Assembly: GCA_035516425.1 (NCBI GenBank)
Contig: DATJAH010000044.1
Coordinates: forward strand, 147 to 64,146
Direction: 5' to 3'
DNA length: 64,000 bases
Source of the DNA: Anaerolineales bacterium
GTDB lineage: Bacteria > Chloroflexota > Anaerolineae > Anaerolineales > Villigracilaceae
The position numbers and the translations under genes are program-made. The notes under the pieces were generated by a model, which was given only the letters and a program-made list of their open reading frames with translations, searched no databases and had not been told where the DNA came from. Positions 39,827 to 50,285 of this stretch are shown in pieces (within the stretch, counting starts at the first letter, position 1; each line of letters starts with the position of its first letter).

Positions 39827-41176
39827 TTATACGATACAAGAGCTCTGGCGATTTATGGATATGCCCGCCGATGAACACCAGCAACTTGATCTGACGGGTT
39901 GCATGGGTTTTCCGATGCTTCCCGTAGCATTCCACAGTTCTTTTGAGTGACTCTGGATCTTCCTGATGGCCGCCACGGCACCGTCCACTCCCTTTCGTCC
40001 GGCGCGGAAAATCGATTCATCCAACCAAAGTGCTTCATGCTCACAAGCACGTTCGGCTTCCGGCAGGTTCATCTAATCGAAGCGGAAGCGCTCAGGGAAA
40101 GCATTGGGAACGGCGAGCATCGATTTTTGCGGCTGGAAAAGCTCATAATAATGCATGGCTTCATATGCGCTCCAACATCCCACACCTTCCGCGCGCAACG
40201 CCGCCGCCAACAAATCGTGCTCCAGTCCAAAGACCGCGGGCCCGATCGTGAAGATATAACGATTAAAGGAACGGGTCGTGTGGCGCTCATCCCGCTTTAG
40301 AACCCGCACTCCGGGGATCTCGCTTTGGGCTTCATCCAGATAAGCCGCCATTTCTTCACGCGGCCTGGCTTGTTCAGGGAATCATGCCAAGCCGACCAGG
40401 GCGAGGGCGGCCTGGATCTCGGACAAACGATAATTCGCGCCCATTGCAGCAAGGCCGCTTGGATCCTCCGCTCCGCCGCCCAGGGCATGCGGCCTTCCAC
40501 AATCAATGATGGAGGCAGCCTTCGCAGCTAATTCCGGCGTCCGGCGCAACAGGATTCCGCCTTCGCCGGACGTTAACGTTTTCGATGATTGAAGGCTGAA
40601 CGAACCGAAATGTCCGATGGTGCCTGCACCTTTTCCGCACCACTTGGCTCCATGTGCGTGAGCACAGTCCTCAACGATGATCAAGTCATGTTCATCTGCC
40701 AGAGCCGTAATGGCATCCATGTCCGCCATTTGATGGCCGAGATGCACGGGCATCACGGCTTTCGTCCTTGAAGTGATAGCCTGCTCGGCGGCTTTGGGAT
40801 CGATGCCATAGGTATTCGGATCGATATCCACAAGGACCGGGATCGCGCCCGCCGCCGTGGCCTGAAACGGATAAGCCGGGACAATGACTTCATCGCCCCA
40901 ACCAATATCCGCCGCTCGCAGCGCCACTTCCATCGTGACGGTGCCATTGATCATCGGCACAGCATAGCCGCCGCCTTGAAATTCCGCGAAGCGACGCGCC
41001 AGTTCCGCAGTCCTGGGGCCAGGGTATGGGAAGCCGCCCCATCGTCCCGACTTGACAACCGCGATGACGGCCTCGATATCACGCTCATCCCAAACGGGCC
41101 ATTCCGGATACGGCTCGACTCGTGTTTTGGGTCCGCCTAAAATTGCAAGTTCAGTGATAGGCCTCCAGCCGGGCAT
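39827..41176 (-). pseudogene. DegT/DnrJ/EryC1/StrS-type PLP aminotransferase interrupted by two in-frame stop codons
   Basis: ORFs 40382-41176, 40073-40351 and 39827-40072 share one frame. They are separated only by TGA (40382-40384) and TAG (40073-40075). PLP-lysine block FSLQSSKTLTSGEGG. Read-through text stays DegT-like across both stops. Confidence 0.75.
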
Positions 41177-41187
41177 CTCATCGGTCT

Positions 41188-42165
41188 CTATTCCAGGCCA
41201 ATGCAGTTTTTCGTGGATTCGATCAGAGCCTTGTGCACAGGCGCAGTGGACAGGCCAAGCTTCTGCATGGCCAGGATCACGCCGCCCACCACGGGCGGCG
41301 CTTCCAGTTTGACCATCTTTGCTTTCGGAGCGAGCTCCTGAATGGTGCGAAACAGCGGCTCAATATACAGGCTACCGCCGTCGAACACGCTACCTGCCAT
41401 GACAACCTCGAATTCCTCGCGCTCAATTCCCAGTTGACGAATCACCGCGCAGGCTGATTCCCCGAGTTCCCGTGCCGACCATGCAATCACTTCCCTCGCG
41501 AGGGGATCTCCCAAAGAAGCAGCTTCAAAAACGATCGGCGCCCATGCTGGACTGGTCTGGTAGCGTTCCATATCCATGCCTTCGATCAGGTCATCCAGAT
41601 CTTTTGCGCCTGCCAGACGGATAAACAGTTCGCTCAGGCTGGTCTTGGGTCCGCGCCGGCTCCACTGATAGGCGACCGCATGAAGGGCTTTCATGACGAT
41701 CTCATGGGCGCCACCATATTCTCCAAACCTGATTCCCTCCCCAGTGATGCGGGCTTCACATTGATTCCGATCGCGACCACGACAATTATTGCCGGTGCCC
41801 GCGACAAGCACAACACCCCAACCTTGCTCCGCCCCCGCCATCAGGCCGATGATGGAATCGTTCGTCAACTCCATGGGGCAGCTCAAACCTATCGAGGCCA
41901 TCGCCGCGAAATGCGCTTGAAACTGGGATGGCCAGTCATAACCGGCGATTCCAAAACCGGCTGCCGAGACTTGGTCAAGGCGCAGGTTCGCAGAAATTAG
42001 AGCCTGATGGATGGTTGTGGCCACGACTTTTCGCAGGCCGTCAAAACCTACGGATTGCCAGTTCCCTGCCCCATCCATGCCAAAACCCAAGGCGCTCCCG
42101 CTTTCATCCGCGATCAAGGCCTGAGTCTTTGTCCCACCCACGTCGACACCGAGAAAATAACGCAT
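41188..42165 (-). CDS. BadF/BadG/BcrA/BcrD-type ATPase (N-acetylglucosamine-kinase-like)
   Basis: MRYFLGVDVGGTKT phosphate-1 motif and a GAGNN-type motif (VAGTGNNC). ATG 42165 sits 7 nt after AGGGA. Confidence 0.7.
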   Translation of the reverse strand: MRYFLGVDVGGTKTQALIADESGSALGFGMDGAGNWQSVGFDGLRKVVATTIHQALISANLRLDQVSAAGFGIAGYDWPSQFQAHFAAMASIGLSCPMELTNDSIIGLMAGAEQGWGVVLVAGTGNNCRGRDRNQCEARITGEGIRFGEYGGAHEIVMKALHAVAYQWSRRGPKTSLSELFIRLAGAKDLDDLIEGMDMERYQTSPAWAPIVFEAASLGDPLAREVIAWSARELGESACAVIRQLGIEREEFEVVMAGSVFDGGSLYIEPLFRTIQELAPKAKMVKLEAPPVVGGVILAMQKLGLSTAPVHKALIESTKNCIGLE

Positions 42166-42181
42166 GACCATTCCCTTTGGG

Positions 42182-43474
42182 TCAATCAAAGAATTGCGGA
42201 AGCCAGGACTTATTCGTTTCCAATAGATCATCGAGAACCGCCGGGACACGATCTGCCGGCGGCCCCAAGGGATGAGCCAGCAGCGCTTGATAGGCGGCAT
42301 TGCGGTCACCGTGGACCGCGGCCTCGACCGTTAGGAGCTCGTACATCTTGACTTGAGCGATGAGCCCGAAGCAGGCAGCCGGCAAGGGGTCGGCGCGAAG
42401 CGGATGAATGCCGCCTCGATCCACTCTCGCTGGCAGTTCCAGAACCCAGTCCGATGGCCAGTCCTTGACCGCACCATTATTTCGAACGTTGACCACGTGA
42501 ATCTGTCCGAGATCATTATGGTGCGAGTGGATCAGCTGAGTGGCCAGCGTCGAATAATACGCGCCGCCGCGTTTCATTAGATCGGGGGGCGGTTCGGTGA
42601 GATTCGGGTCCGCATAGTCGCGCAGCAAGTCTTTTTCGATCTCCATCACTTCTTCCGCGCGCGATGGGGGCCACTTTTCCTGAGCCTTGAGTTTTTTGTC
42701 GGTGTAATAGAAATATTGGAGATAGTAGTTCGGAATCATGCCAAGTGACTCGATCGTCCTCACATCCCACTCCGGCTCCGGCTCTTGTTTCAGCGATTTC
42801 ACAAATGCTGAAAAGATTTCAGGCCAGAGATCCTCGCCAGCCACCGAGAAGCCGCGATGCCAAGTCAAATGGTTGAGGCCGAGCGTATCGAGCACGGCAT
42901 GTTCCGGGTCGAGGCGCGAACCGGTGGCTTTTTCAAGTTGCCCGAGCATGTGCATCTTGGCTGTGATGCCGACATTGCACACACCCACTGCGGAAATCCC
43001 CGGCGCATAACGGGTCAGTGCTTCCGTAACCAGCCCTGCCGGATTCGTAAAATTTGCCAGCAGGGCATCCGGCGCCGCTTCCAGAATATCTTTGGCAATA
43101 CTCAAAACCGCGGGGATGGTCCGCAAGGCTTTTGCCATGCCACCGATGCCGGTTGTCTCCTGCCCGATCAGTCCATGGCGTTTGCCGAGGTATTCATCGC
43201 CCCGGCGCGCGGGCATCATCCCGACCCGCAGTTGCGTCACAACATACGAGGCGCCTGCGATGCTCGCACGCTGATTCGTACTCAATATGACCTTGAACGG
43301 TTCGCCTCTGCCCTTGACCATGCGCTGGGCAAATCCGCCAACGATGTTCAGCCGCTCCGGATCAATGTCCATCAGCCACAGTTCTTGGAGAGGGAGGGAA
43401 TCGACGCAGGCCAGAAATCCATTAACCAATTCCGGAGTATAGGTGGATCCGCCGCCGACGACTGTGATCTTCAC
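42182..43474 (-). CDS. GH4 family 6-phospho-beta-glucosidase-like hydrolase
   Basis: MKITVVGGGSTYTPELV NAD-binding N-terminus and GH4 length (430 aa). Confidence 0.8.
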   Translation of the reverse strand: MKITVVGGGSTYTPELVNGFLACVDSLPLQELWLMDIDPERLNIVGGFAQRMVKGRGEPFKVILSTNQRASIAGASYVVTQLRVGMMPARRGDEYLGKRHGLIGQETTGIGGMAKALRTIPAVLSIAKDILEAAPDALLANFTNPAGLVTEALTRYAPGISAVGVCNVGITAKMHMLGQLEKATGSRLDPEHAVLDTLGLNHLTWHRGFSVAGEDLWPEIFSAFVKSLKQEPEPEWDVRTIESLGMIPNYYLQYFYYTDKKLKAQEKWPPSRAEEVMEIEKDLLRDYADPNLTEPPPDLMKRGGAYYSTLATQLIHSHHNDLGQIHVVNVRNNGAVKDWPSDWVLELPARVDRGGIHPLRADPLPAACFGLIAQVKMYELLTVEAAVHGDRNAAYQALLAHPLGPPADRVPAVLDDLLETNKSWLPQFFD

Positions 43475-44472
43475 AGTTCAACAACCCTTCCCGTTTCGCT
43501 TGATTCATACGCTGCATCGACGACTTTCATATTGACCCATCCCTCCGCGCCGCCGGGATTTGGCGTCCTGCCGTTCACCACACAATCCACAAAATAGTTT
43601 AACTGAGCATCATACAGACTCTGCGGCGCATGCTCGGTGCGCGGGAACTCAAACCCTGATTCGATCACACTGAACTTTTTTTCATTCGCGGCGGGCAGCT
43701 CGATCCGGGTCGGGAAGAGCTGACCAAACCCTTTCGTTCCATAAAGCTGTGTCCCCGCTTCGGGACCATCCGCATGAGTCTGCCACCAGCCCGATTCGAT
43801 GAAGGAGGTTGTGCCGTTCGCCCAATTGACCATGATCATCCCGGTGTCATCGACATCAAAATCCTTGTAATAGGTTCCGATTCGCGCATAGACTGAGATC
43901 GGCTTCGGATCGCCGAGCAAAAACCGCACCGTATCCAAGGCGTGGATTCCCACATCAGCCATGGCGCCGCCGCCTGCAAATTTCTTCTGCGTAAACCATC
44001 CGCCGGGACCCCAATGCGTGTGCACGCCAATCCCTTTCGTGCGGATGATCTTTCCAAGTTTTTCGCTTTGGGCTTTAAGCCACAGGACGTCCGGGTCGAA
44101 CCGCCAGCAATGGGCGACCATCAGCGCCGCGCCGGATTTTTCCGAGGCCTCACACATCTGCCCGGCTTCGTCAGCGTTTTGCGCCATCGGCTTTTCGACC
44201 ATCACATGGATCCCCGCCTTGAGAGCGGTGATCGTTTGCAGAGCATGAAGATAGTTTGGGGTACTGACGACCAGCGCATCGACGCGGCCTCCTTTCAGCA
44301 TGGCATCCATCGTCGGGTACTGATTCGGAATGTTGAATTCTCCGGCAAATGCCGCCATCGACTCGGGTTTGTGATTGATCACCGCACACAATGCCAAGCC
44401 GCACGCTTGCGCGGCACGCGCATGGATTTTATTGATATACCCTGTCCCTGCAAAGGCAATTTTGAGCGTCAT
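43471..44472 (-). CDS. Gfo/Idh/MocA family oxidoreductase
   Basis: LKIAFAGTGYI Rossmann start and an EKP motif (VMVEKPMA). Confidence 0.85.
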   Translation of the reverse strand: MTLKIAFAGTGYINKIHARAAQACGLALCAVINHKPESMAAFAGEFNIPNQYPTMDAMLKGGRVDALVVSTPNYLHALQTITALKAGIHVMVEKPMAQNADEAGQMCEASEKSGAALMVAHCWRFDPDVLWLKAQSEKLGKIIRTKGIGVHTHWGPGGWFTQKKFAGGGAMADVGIHALDTVRFLLGDPKPISVYARIGTYYKDFDVDDTGMIMVNWANGTTSFIESGWWQTHADGPEAGTQLYGTKGFGQLFPTRIELPAANEKKFSVIESGFEFPRTEHAPQSLYDAQLNYFVDCVVNGRTPNPGGAEGWVNMKVVDAAYESSETGRVVEL

Positions 44473-44476
44473 GTTT

Positions 44477-45871
44477 TTACTTCCAGAATTGAGGCAAATA
44501 TTCTTTATAGGTTAGCAAATAATCGTCGAGGATGGATTTGGCGCGGTCCATATCTGTGATCATGGGATCCAGCAAAAGACATTGCAGTGCTTTCGCGCGC
44601 GAACCTTCAACGGCCGAGTCGACGCACAACTGCGCGACAACCAATTCACGGCGGCAAAGCTCGGCAATACCCTCAGGCAATTCACCCACAGGCACGGGAT
44701 GCACCCCGGCACCATCCACAAAGACCGGCGTCTCGACCGTTGAACCTTTCGGGAGATTTGAGATTTGTCCGACATTGGGCAGGTTGGCGGCAAGGTGATA
44801 ATGACTGCCATTGCCGGCGAGGTTCTCGATCATTTCCAGGGCCCCCTCGGAATCCGTATCAAGCAAGCCATCAAGGCTCATTTCGCCCCTTGCCATTTTG
44901 TCAAGGCGCGCCAGATCGAGGTCGCGCAGGTTCGCACGTTGGTCCCATTCATAAAGACGGATATTGTATTTCTGCCATGGCTGGGTGGTTGGATCCGCAA
45001 CCCACGGCAGATATTCGCATAAATGCGTGTCGCCGGGCACAGGGAACCAGCCGAAGGCCTCGAACACGTCCCTGGTCAGGGGCTCAAACTTGGGATCGAA
45101 GGATGCGAAACGCTCGCGAAAAAGGGGATATAGATCAGCCCCTGTGCGTTTATCGCGAATGGAAAGAATCCACGTAAAATGATTCGTGCCGGCGGCGCGA
45201 ATATCCACAAGCGGCATCGTCTGATGTACCACCTGGGCACGCAGATCGCGTTCGACGAGATCCGCCTGCATGCCGGTGATGCCGGTTGGAATTTCAATGC
45301 CGAGTTCGCTGCTCAACACCATGCCGACGAAACAATATCCGATCAAAACCTGGTGGCACAAACCGACGGCTTTTATCTTTGTGTGACGATTGACAAGATC
45401 ACAGATCCGCACCATTGGATTGGTGAAATTGATGAACCACGCATCGGGGCAGGCCTGCTCCATGCTGCGCACGATTTCAAGCATCGGCAGGATATTGCGC
45501 GCCGCATGGGCAAAGCCACCGGGACCGCCGTTCTCCCCATACGGCTGACGAAGTCCGTGCTTCTGCGTGAGTTCAAAATCCTTCCGCCACAGTTCTTCGC
45601 GCGGACCCACCTCGATGGCGGAGATCACAAATCGTGCGCCTTCCAGCGCATCTTCGTGGTGAGTATGTGCGCTGATCCTCATCTGCGCATTCCACTCCAC
45701 GTTGAGTCGGTTCGCCAGTCGATGGACAATGTCCAGGCTGGAGGCGTTTCGATCCACAAGCCGCAATGTCGAACCGCGCAGTCTCGACGAGCGCATCAGG
45801 GCGGCCAGTGTGTTTTCACCAAACGAGGCGCTGCCTGCACCGATCACAGCAATGGTGGTGGGTAAGGTCAT
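44477..45871 (-). CDS. GH4 family alpha-glucosidase/alpha-galactosidase-like hydrolase
   Basis: IAVIGAGSASFG N-terminus, GLCH and NHFTW blocks. 464 aa. Confidence 0.8.
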   Translation of the reverse strand: MTLPTTIAVIGAGSASFGENTLAALMRSSRLRGSTLRLVDRNASSLDIVHRLANRLNVEWNAQMRISAHTHHEDALEGARFVISAIEVGPREELWRKDFELTQKHGLRQPYGENGGPGGFAHAARNILPMLEIVRSMEQACPDAWFINFTNPMVRICDLVNRHTKIKAVGLCHQVLIGYCFVGMVLSSELGIEIPTGITGMQADLVERDLRAQVVHQTMPLVDIRAAGTNHFTWILSIRDKRTGADLYPLFRERFASFDPKFEPLTRDVFEAFGWFPVPGDTHLCEYLPWVADPTTQPWQKYNIRLYEWDQRANLRDLDLARLDKMARGEMSLDGLLDTDSEGALEMIENLAGNGSHYHLAANLPNVGQISNLPKGSTVETPVFVDGAGVHPVPVGELPEGIAELCRRELVVAQLCVDSAVEGSRAKALQCLLLDPMITDMDRAKSILDDYLLTYKEYLPQFWK

Positions 45872-46128
45872 TCCATGTCCTTTGTTGAGTGTTCCTCTTC
45901 CTTCGTACCGGTCAATTTTATACCCTGAACAAACGTCTTCTGCGCGAAGAAGAAGGCGATGACGATAGGCACCGTAAAGACCACCGAGGCCGCCATTAAT
46001 TGATTCCAGACCATGGTGCGCTGCCCCTGGAAGTCGCGCAGTCCGAGTGCCATGGTAAACATGTTGGGCTTATCGAGAAAGAGCAGCGGGCCGATGAGAT
46101 CATGCCATGCCTGGCGGTATGATTTCAT
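45868..46128 (-). pseudogene. C-terminal stub (about 85 codons) of a MalG-type sugar ABC permease
   Basis: W.D..GPLLFL...N..T.ALGL..F.G......WN.LMAAS....VPIVI.FFFAQK.FVQGI..TG matches only the last two helices of CUT1 permeases. Its stop overlaps the GH4 ATG (ATGA). Its 5' end runs directly into the lacI stop. Confidence 0.65.
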
Positions 46129-47189
46129 TTCACCTCCTCTATGAACGAAAGTCCGTTGATGTGCGGGCTTTGAGGCGGACATCCGCACGATTCTCTAAGC
46201 ACCAACTCTGTTGGTAACAAAGTAATCGCATCGGCGTGGCCGCGTTGGATGAGCTTCACCAATTGTCTTACCGCTTCGCGTCCGACCTGTTCAAGCGGGG
46301 CGCGCACGGTGGTCAGCGGCGGAGTCAAATATTTGGCCAGGGGAATATCATCGAATCCAACCACAGCCACATCGTCCGGAACGCGGCGGCCTGCATTTCG
46401 CAACGCGGACAATGCACCGGTGGCGGCATCGTCGTCTCCGGTAAAGATGGCATCAAAGTCCACACCGTTTCTCAACAGGCGGCGGACAGCCTCCGCCGCC
46501 TGCAATTCGTCGAAGCCGCCGCGCGAAACAAGACCACGATCAAAGCGAATCTGGTTTCTCCTCAATGCTTCGCGATAACCCCGTTCCCTCCATTCCGAAT
46601 CTTCATGCCCTTCCGAACCCTTGAGAAACGCGATTCGACGATAACCATGAACTTGAACCAAATGCTCCACGAGCTTCTCAGCGCCGGACTTGTTCTCAAT
46701 GGTGATGACCGGAATGTCCAGCTCTTCCGACGGAGTCTGATGTAGCAAGACCACGGGGAATCTATTTTGGCGCAAGTAGACCAGCTCTTCTTGCTCGAGG
46801 CTCTTGGTGAAAACGATCAGGCCGTCCGTATTATGCATCCCCAGCGCCCGCTTGGAAGCCTCTAAGGGATACGTTACACTGGCCGTATGGATCAGCAGGT
46901 CAAATCCGAGTTGCCGCGCCGCGGATTCGATGCCGCGCAGCATGGGCGGGAAAAACCAGCCGCCGATCTCGGGCAGGAGCAGTCCGATGGCATTCGTCTT
47001 CCTGCTTGCCAGAACACGGGCGGCAGAGCGCGGGACATAATGCAACTTCTTTATGGCAGCCTGAACGCGGCCAACGGTTGGGGCAATCACCAGCGGATTG
47101 CCATTCAGCACGCGACTGACCGTGGCGATGGATACCCCGGCGCGTCGGGCAACGTCGGAAATCGTGGGAGAACGTCGATGAGCCTGCAT
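46125..47189 (-). CDS. LacI family transcriptional regulator
   Basis: TISDVARRAGVSIATVSRVLNG HTH plus a periplasmic-binding-fold C-terminus. Confidence 0.9.
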   Translation of the reverse strand: MQAHRRSPTISDVARRAGVSIATVSRVLNGNPLVIAPTVGRVQAAIKKLHYVPRSAARVLASRKTNAIGLLLPEIGGWFFPPMLRGIESAARQLGFDLLIHTASVTYPLEASKRALGMHNTDGLIVFTKSLEQEELVYLRQNRFPVVLLHQTPSEELDIPVITIENKSGAEKLVEHLVQVHGYRRIAFLKGSEGHEDSEWRERGYREALRRNQIRFDRGLVSRGGFDELQAAEAVRRLLRNGVDFDAIFTGDDDAATGALSALRNAGRRVPDDVAVVGFDDIPLAKYLTPPLTTVRAPLEQVGREAVRQLVKLIQRGHADAITLLPTELVLRESCGCPPQSPHINGLSFIEEVK

Positions 47190-47281
47190 TTTATGAAAGC
47201 GCTTTCATAGTATACAGAGGTTTTTCATTCTCGTCAACACAGAAAGCCATAAAGGCGGAACATGATATATAATTCCTTCAC

Positions 47282-49312
47282 ATGAAGAAATCGGAGGTTT
47301 TCGAGCAAATTGGCAGGCTCATCATGCCGCCCCAGCTGGATGACCCGGAAAAGGATCTCCGTGCCCGGCTACTGAACTTCATCGCTTGGAGCGGCTTCTT
47401 CATGGTCTTGGCCGAAATCATCGTCCGAGTTGTCCAAGGCACTCACTTGCTGGATCCCGCCAACTTGGTCTTGGAAGCCCTTTTCATCGTGGTTTCGATC
47501 TTGATCTGGTCCATTCACCGTGGATATCTACAGACAACCAGTGTGCTTCTGGTGCTGAGCAGTTGGTCTGCAATGGCCCTCGAAGCGTGGATCGGTTCAG
47601 GGGTCCGCGATACGGCCGTGGCAGGCGAATTGGTCATTGTGTTGGTGGGCGGTTTATTGTTAGGATGGCAGGCCACCGTGGGATTAAGCCTCTTAAGCAT
47701 CGCGTTGCTATGGATCATGAATATCCTGGCAGCGCATGGCATCCTGCAACCGGGGATGGATAACCTGAACGGCATCTCCCGTGACCTGACGGCGGCCTTT
47801 CTGCTGGACGGAATCATTATTTTCCTGGTGATGAATAATTTGAAGCGCAACATGACGGCCCTCCATACGAGCGAGGAGCGCTTCCGAAAGTTCTTTCACG
47901 CCAGCCCGCTGGCGATCGCGATCTGCACGTTGGAGGACGGCCGTTTCATGGAAGCCAATGATGCTTTCTGGAGGCTCAGTGGACTGAGCCCCGACCAGGC
48001 CATTGGTCATGCGCCGCTCGAGCTGGGCCTGTGGAGCAATGCAGAAGAACGTCAGCAGTTTGTCAAGGAGCTGAAGGAAAAGCATTCCATTCAGAACATG
48101 GAATATCGCTTCGTCAGCCAGAGCGGGGAAAAACACGATACCCTGGCCTTTTATGAATTAATTCTTCTTGAAGATCAAACCTGCATTCTTGCGGTTTTTT
48201 ACGATGTCACGGAAGAGAAGACCACGCGGGAGGAACTCCATCAAAGCGAGGCTCGCAACCGCGCTCTTTTGAATGCCATCCCGGACATGATTTTCGAATT
48301 GGATAAGAATGGTGTTTTCATCAATTTCTTTAAATCCGAAGAGACCGGCCCGGCGTTTTCCCCAAAGGAATTCCTGGGCAAAAGCATACGGGAGGTCATG
48401 CCTGATTTCATCGCCTCGCCTACGTTGTTCGGAATCGAAAGGACGCTGTTGACCAATCAGACTTATGCATTCGAATATCAACTGCCGGCCAAGGACGGCG
48501 TTCACGATTACGAATCGCGTCTGATCGCCAGCGGCGAGGACCGCGTGCTGGGAATGGTCCGGGATATTACCGTGCGAAAATGGGCTGAGACCGAGCGCGA
48601 GGCGCTGATCAATGAACTCGAGGCGAAGAACTCTGAATTGGAGCGCTTTACGTATACAGTCTCACATGATCTAAAGTCGCCCCTCATCACCATCAAGGGA
48701 TTCCTGGGCTTCCTGCGTGAGGATTCAGAAAAGGGAGATAAAGCGCGCCTGCAAAAGGATCTGGAACGGATCTCGGATGCCAGCGATAAAATGCAGCTCC
48801 TGCTCAACGAATTGCTGGAACTTTCGCGTATCGGCCGGCTTGTGAATCCATCCGAGGAGATCCCATTCGGAGTCTTGGCGAAGGAGGCCATCGACCTGGT
48901 GCAGGGACGCATCCAAGCCCACGGCATTCAAGTGGACATCCAACCCGATTTGCCGAATATCTATGGAGACCACCAAAGGATAGTGGAGGTCCTCCAGAAT
49001 CTGATTGACAATGCCGCCAAATTCATGGGCAACCAGGTCCAACCGCGTATCGAAATCGGCCTGCAAGAATACGCCGAGGATGGAAAACCGATCTTCTTTG
49101 TGCGAGATAACGGCATCGGTATTGCGCCCGAATATCATGACCGTGTGTTTGGTTTATTCAACAAGCTGGACACGCAGTCTGAGGGAACAGGAGTCGGTTT
49201 GTCCATTGTCAAGCGGATCATCGAAGTGCATGGCGGGCGCATCGGGGTCAAGAGCGAAGCAGGAAAAGGTGCCACATTTTTCTTTTCCCTGCCTTCGCGG
49301 CCCAAATCTTGA
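47282..49312 (+). CDS. Sensor histidine kinase (membrane domain, two PAS, HisKA, HATPase_c)
   Basis: Hydrophobic N-terminal 190 aa, PAS-like segments, H-box FTYTVSHDLKSPL, and N/G boxes NLIDNAAKF, DNGIGI and GTGVGLSIVK. Confidence 0.85.
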   Translation: MKKSEVFEQIGRLIMPPQLDDPEKDLRARLLNFIAWSGFFMVLAEIIVRVVQGTHLLDPANLVLEALFIVVSILIWSIHRGYLQTTSVLLVLSSWSAMALEAWIGSGVRDTAVAGELVIVLVGGLLLGWQATVGLSLLSIALLWIMNILAAHGILQPGMDNLNGISRDLTAAFLLDGIIIFLVMNNLKRNMTALHTSEERFRKFFHASPLAIAICTLEDGRFMEANDAFWRLSGLSPDQAIGHAPLELGLWSNAEERQQFVKELKEKHSIQNMEYRFVSQSGEKHDTLAFYELILLEDQTCILAVFYDVTEEKTTREELHQSEARNRALLNAIPDMIFELDKNGVFINFFKSEETGPAFSPKEFLGKSIREVMPDFIASPTLFGIERTLLTNQTYAFEYQLPAKDGVHDYESRLIASGEDRVLGMVRDITVRKWAETEREALINELEAKNSELERFTYTVSHDLKSPLITIKGFLGFLREDSEKGDKARLQKDLERISDASDKMQLLLNELLELSRIGRLVNPSEEIPFGVLAKEAIDLVQGRIQAHGIQVDIQPDLPNIYGDHQRIVEVLQNLIDNAAKFMGNQVQPRIEIGLQEYAEDGKPIFFVRDNGIGIAPEYHDRVFGLFNKLDTQSEGTGVGLSIVKRIIEVHGGRIGVKSEAGKGATFFFSLPSRPKS

Positions 49313-49376
49313 GCGGCCATTCGGTTGGGTGTATACTGAAATAGATTCATCATGGTTTGGAGGAAGGAGATCGTTT

Positions 49377-50285
49377 ATGAAACGCGCAGTCAGCATCAGC
49401 ATTGGGTCATCCAAACGGGACAAAGCCGTGGAGGTAAACTTATTGGGCGAAACCGTAAGCATTGAGCGCATCGGCACCAACGGGGATATGGAGGCTGCTG
49501 CCCGCAAGTATCAGGAACTGGACGGCGAAGTGGATGCTTTTGGGGTGGGTGGCGCCGATCTGGGATTGATGGTGGACAACAAATGGTATCCGCTCTATTC
49601 GGTCCAACCGATGGTCCGCTTCGTAAAACAGACGCCGCTGGTAGACGGAGTCGGATTGAAGAACACGCTGGAAAATAGATCGGCTGCTTTACTCGAGTCG
49701 AAAATCGGCGATTACATCAATAAGGCAGGCGGTAAAAAAGTCTTCGTGGTCAGCGGCGCGGATCGCTGGGGTATGTCCAGCGGCTTTTTTAACGCGGGCT
49801 ACGAATGCACGTTCGGCGATCTGATGTTCGGGCTGGGAATTCCGATTGCCTTCCACACCCTGGGACAGCTGAAGACTTTCGCCGCCATTTTGATGCCTCT
49901 GGCTGGGCGCCTGCCATTTGAATGGGTGTACCCGACCGGCGAAAAGCAGGAAGTCCGGATTCCCAAGTTTCAAAATTATTATCACGCGGCCACCGTGATT
50001 GCCGGCGACTGTCTTTACATCAAGCGCCATTTGCCCGATGATATGCAGGGCAAAATCATTGTGACGAATACCACCACGCCCGAAGATGTAGCTCTTTTCA
50101 AGCAATGCGGGATCAAGTATCTGATGACGACCACACCCGTGTTGGATGGCCGTTCGTTCGGGACCAACATGATGGAGGCCGCGCTGGTTGCCGTCTCCGG
50201 AAAGAAGCGGCCGCTGACGCACGATGAATACAACGAACTGTTGGCGAAACTCAAGTTCGAGCCGCAGCTACAGGAAATCAATTAA
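49377..50285 (+). CDS. Conserved hypothetical protein (Rossmann-like, function unknown)
   Basis: 302 aa starting at ATG 49377, with AGGAAGGAG 8 nt upstream. The longer ORF from 49005 overlaps the kinase gene and is not credible. Confidence 0.55.
   Translation: MKRAVSISIGSSKRDKAVEVNLLGETVSIERIGTNGDMEAAARKYQELDGEVDAFGVGGADLGLMVDNKWYPLYSVQPMVRFVKQTPLVDGVGLKNTLENRSAALLESKIGDYINKAGGKKVFVVSGADRWGMSSGFFNAGYECTFGDLMFGLGIPIAFHTLGQLKTFAAILMPLAGRLPFEWVYPTGEKQEVRIPKFQNYYHAATVIAGDCLYIKRHLPDDMQGKIIVTNTTTPEDVALFKQCGIKYLMTTTPVLDGRSFGTNMMEAALVAVSGKKRPLTHDEYNELLAKLKFEPQLQEIN

Noticed and set aside
40382-40384. In-frame TGA in the DegT gene as a possible selenocysteine codon. A selenium-linked YgeY-type cluster lies elsewhere in the window.
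   Set aside because: No SECIS-like hairpin is evident immediately downstream. DegT enzymes are not known selenoproteins. A second interruption is a TAG, so nonsense mutations or sequencing errors are simpler explanations.
49005-49376. 124-codon N-terminal extension of the 49377-50285 gene overlapping the histidine kinase 3' end.
   Set aside because: The extension lies entirely inside the HATPase_c-coding region in another frame. A strong AGGAAGGAG RBS precedes the internal ATG at 49377.
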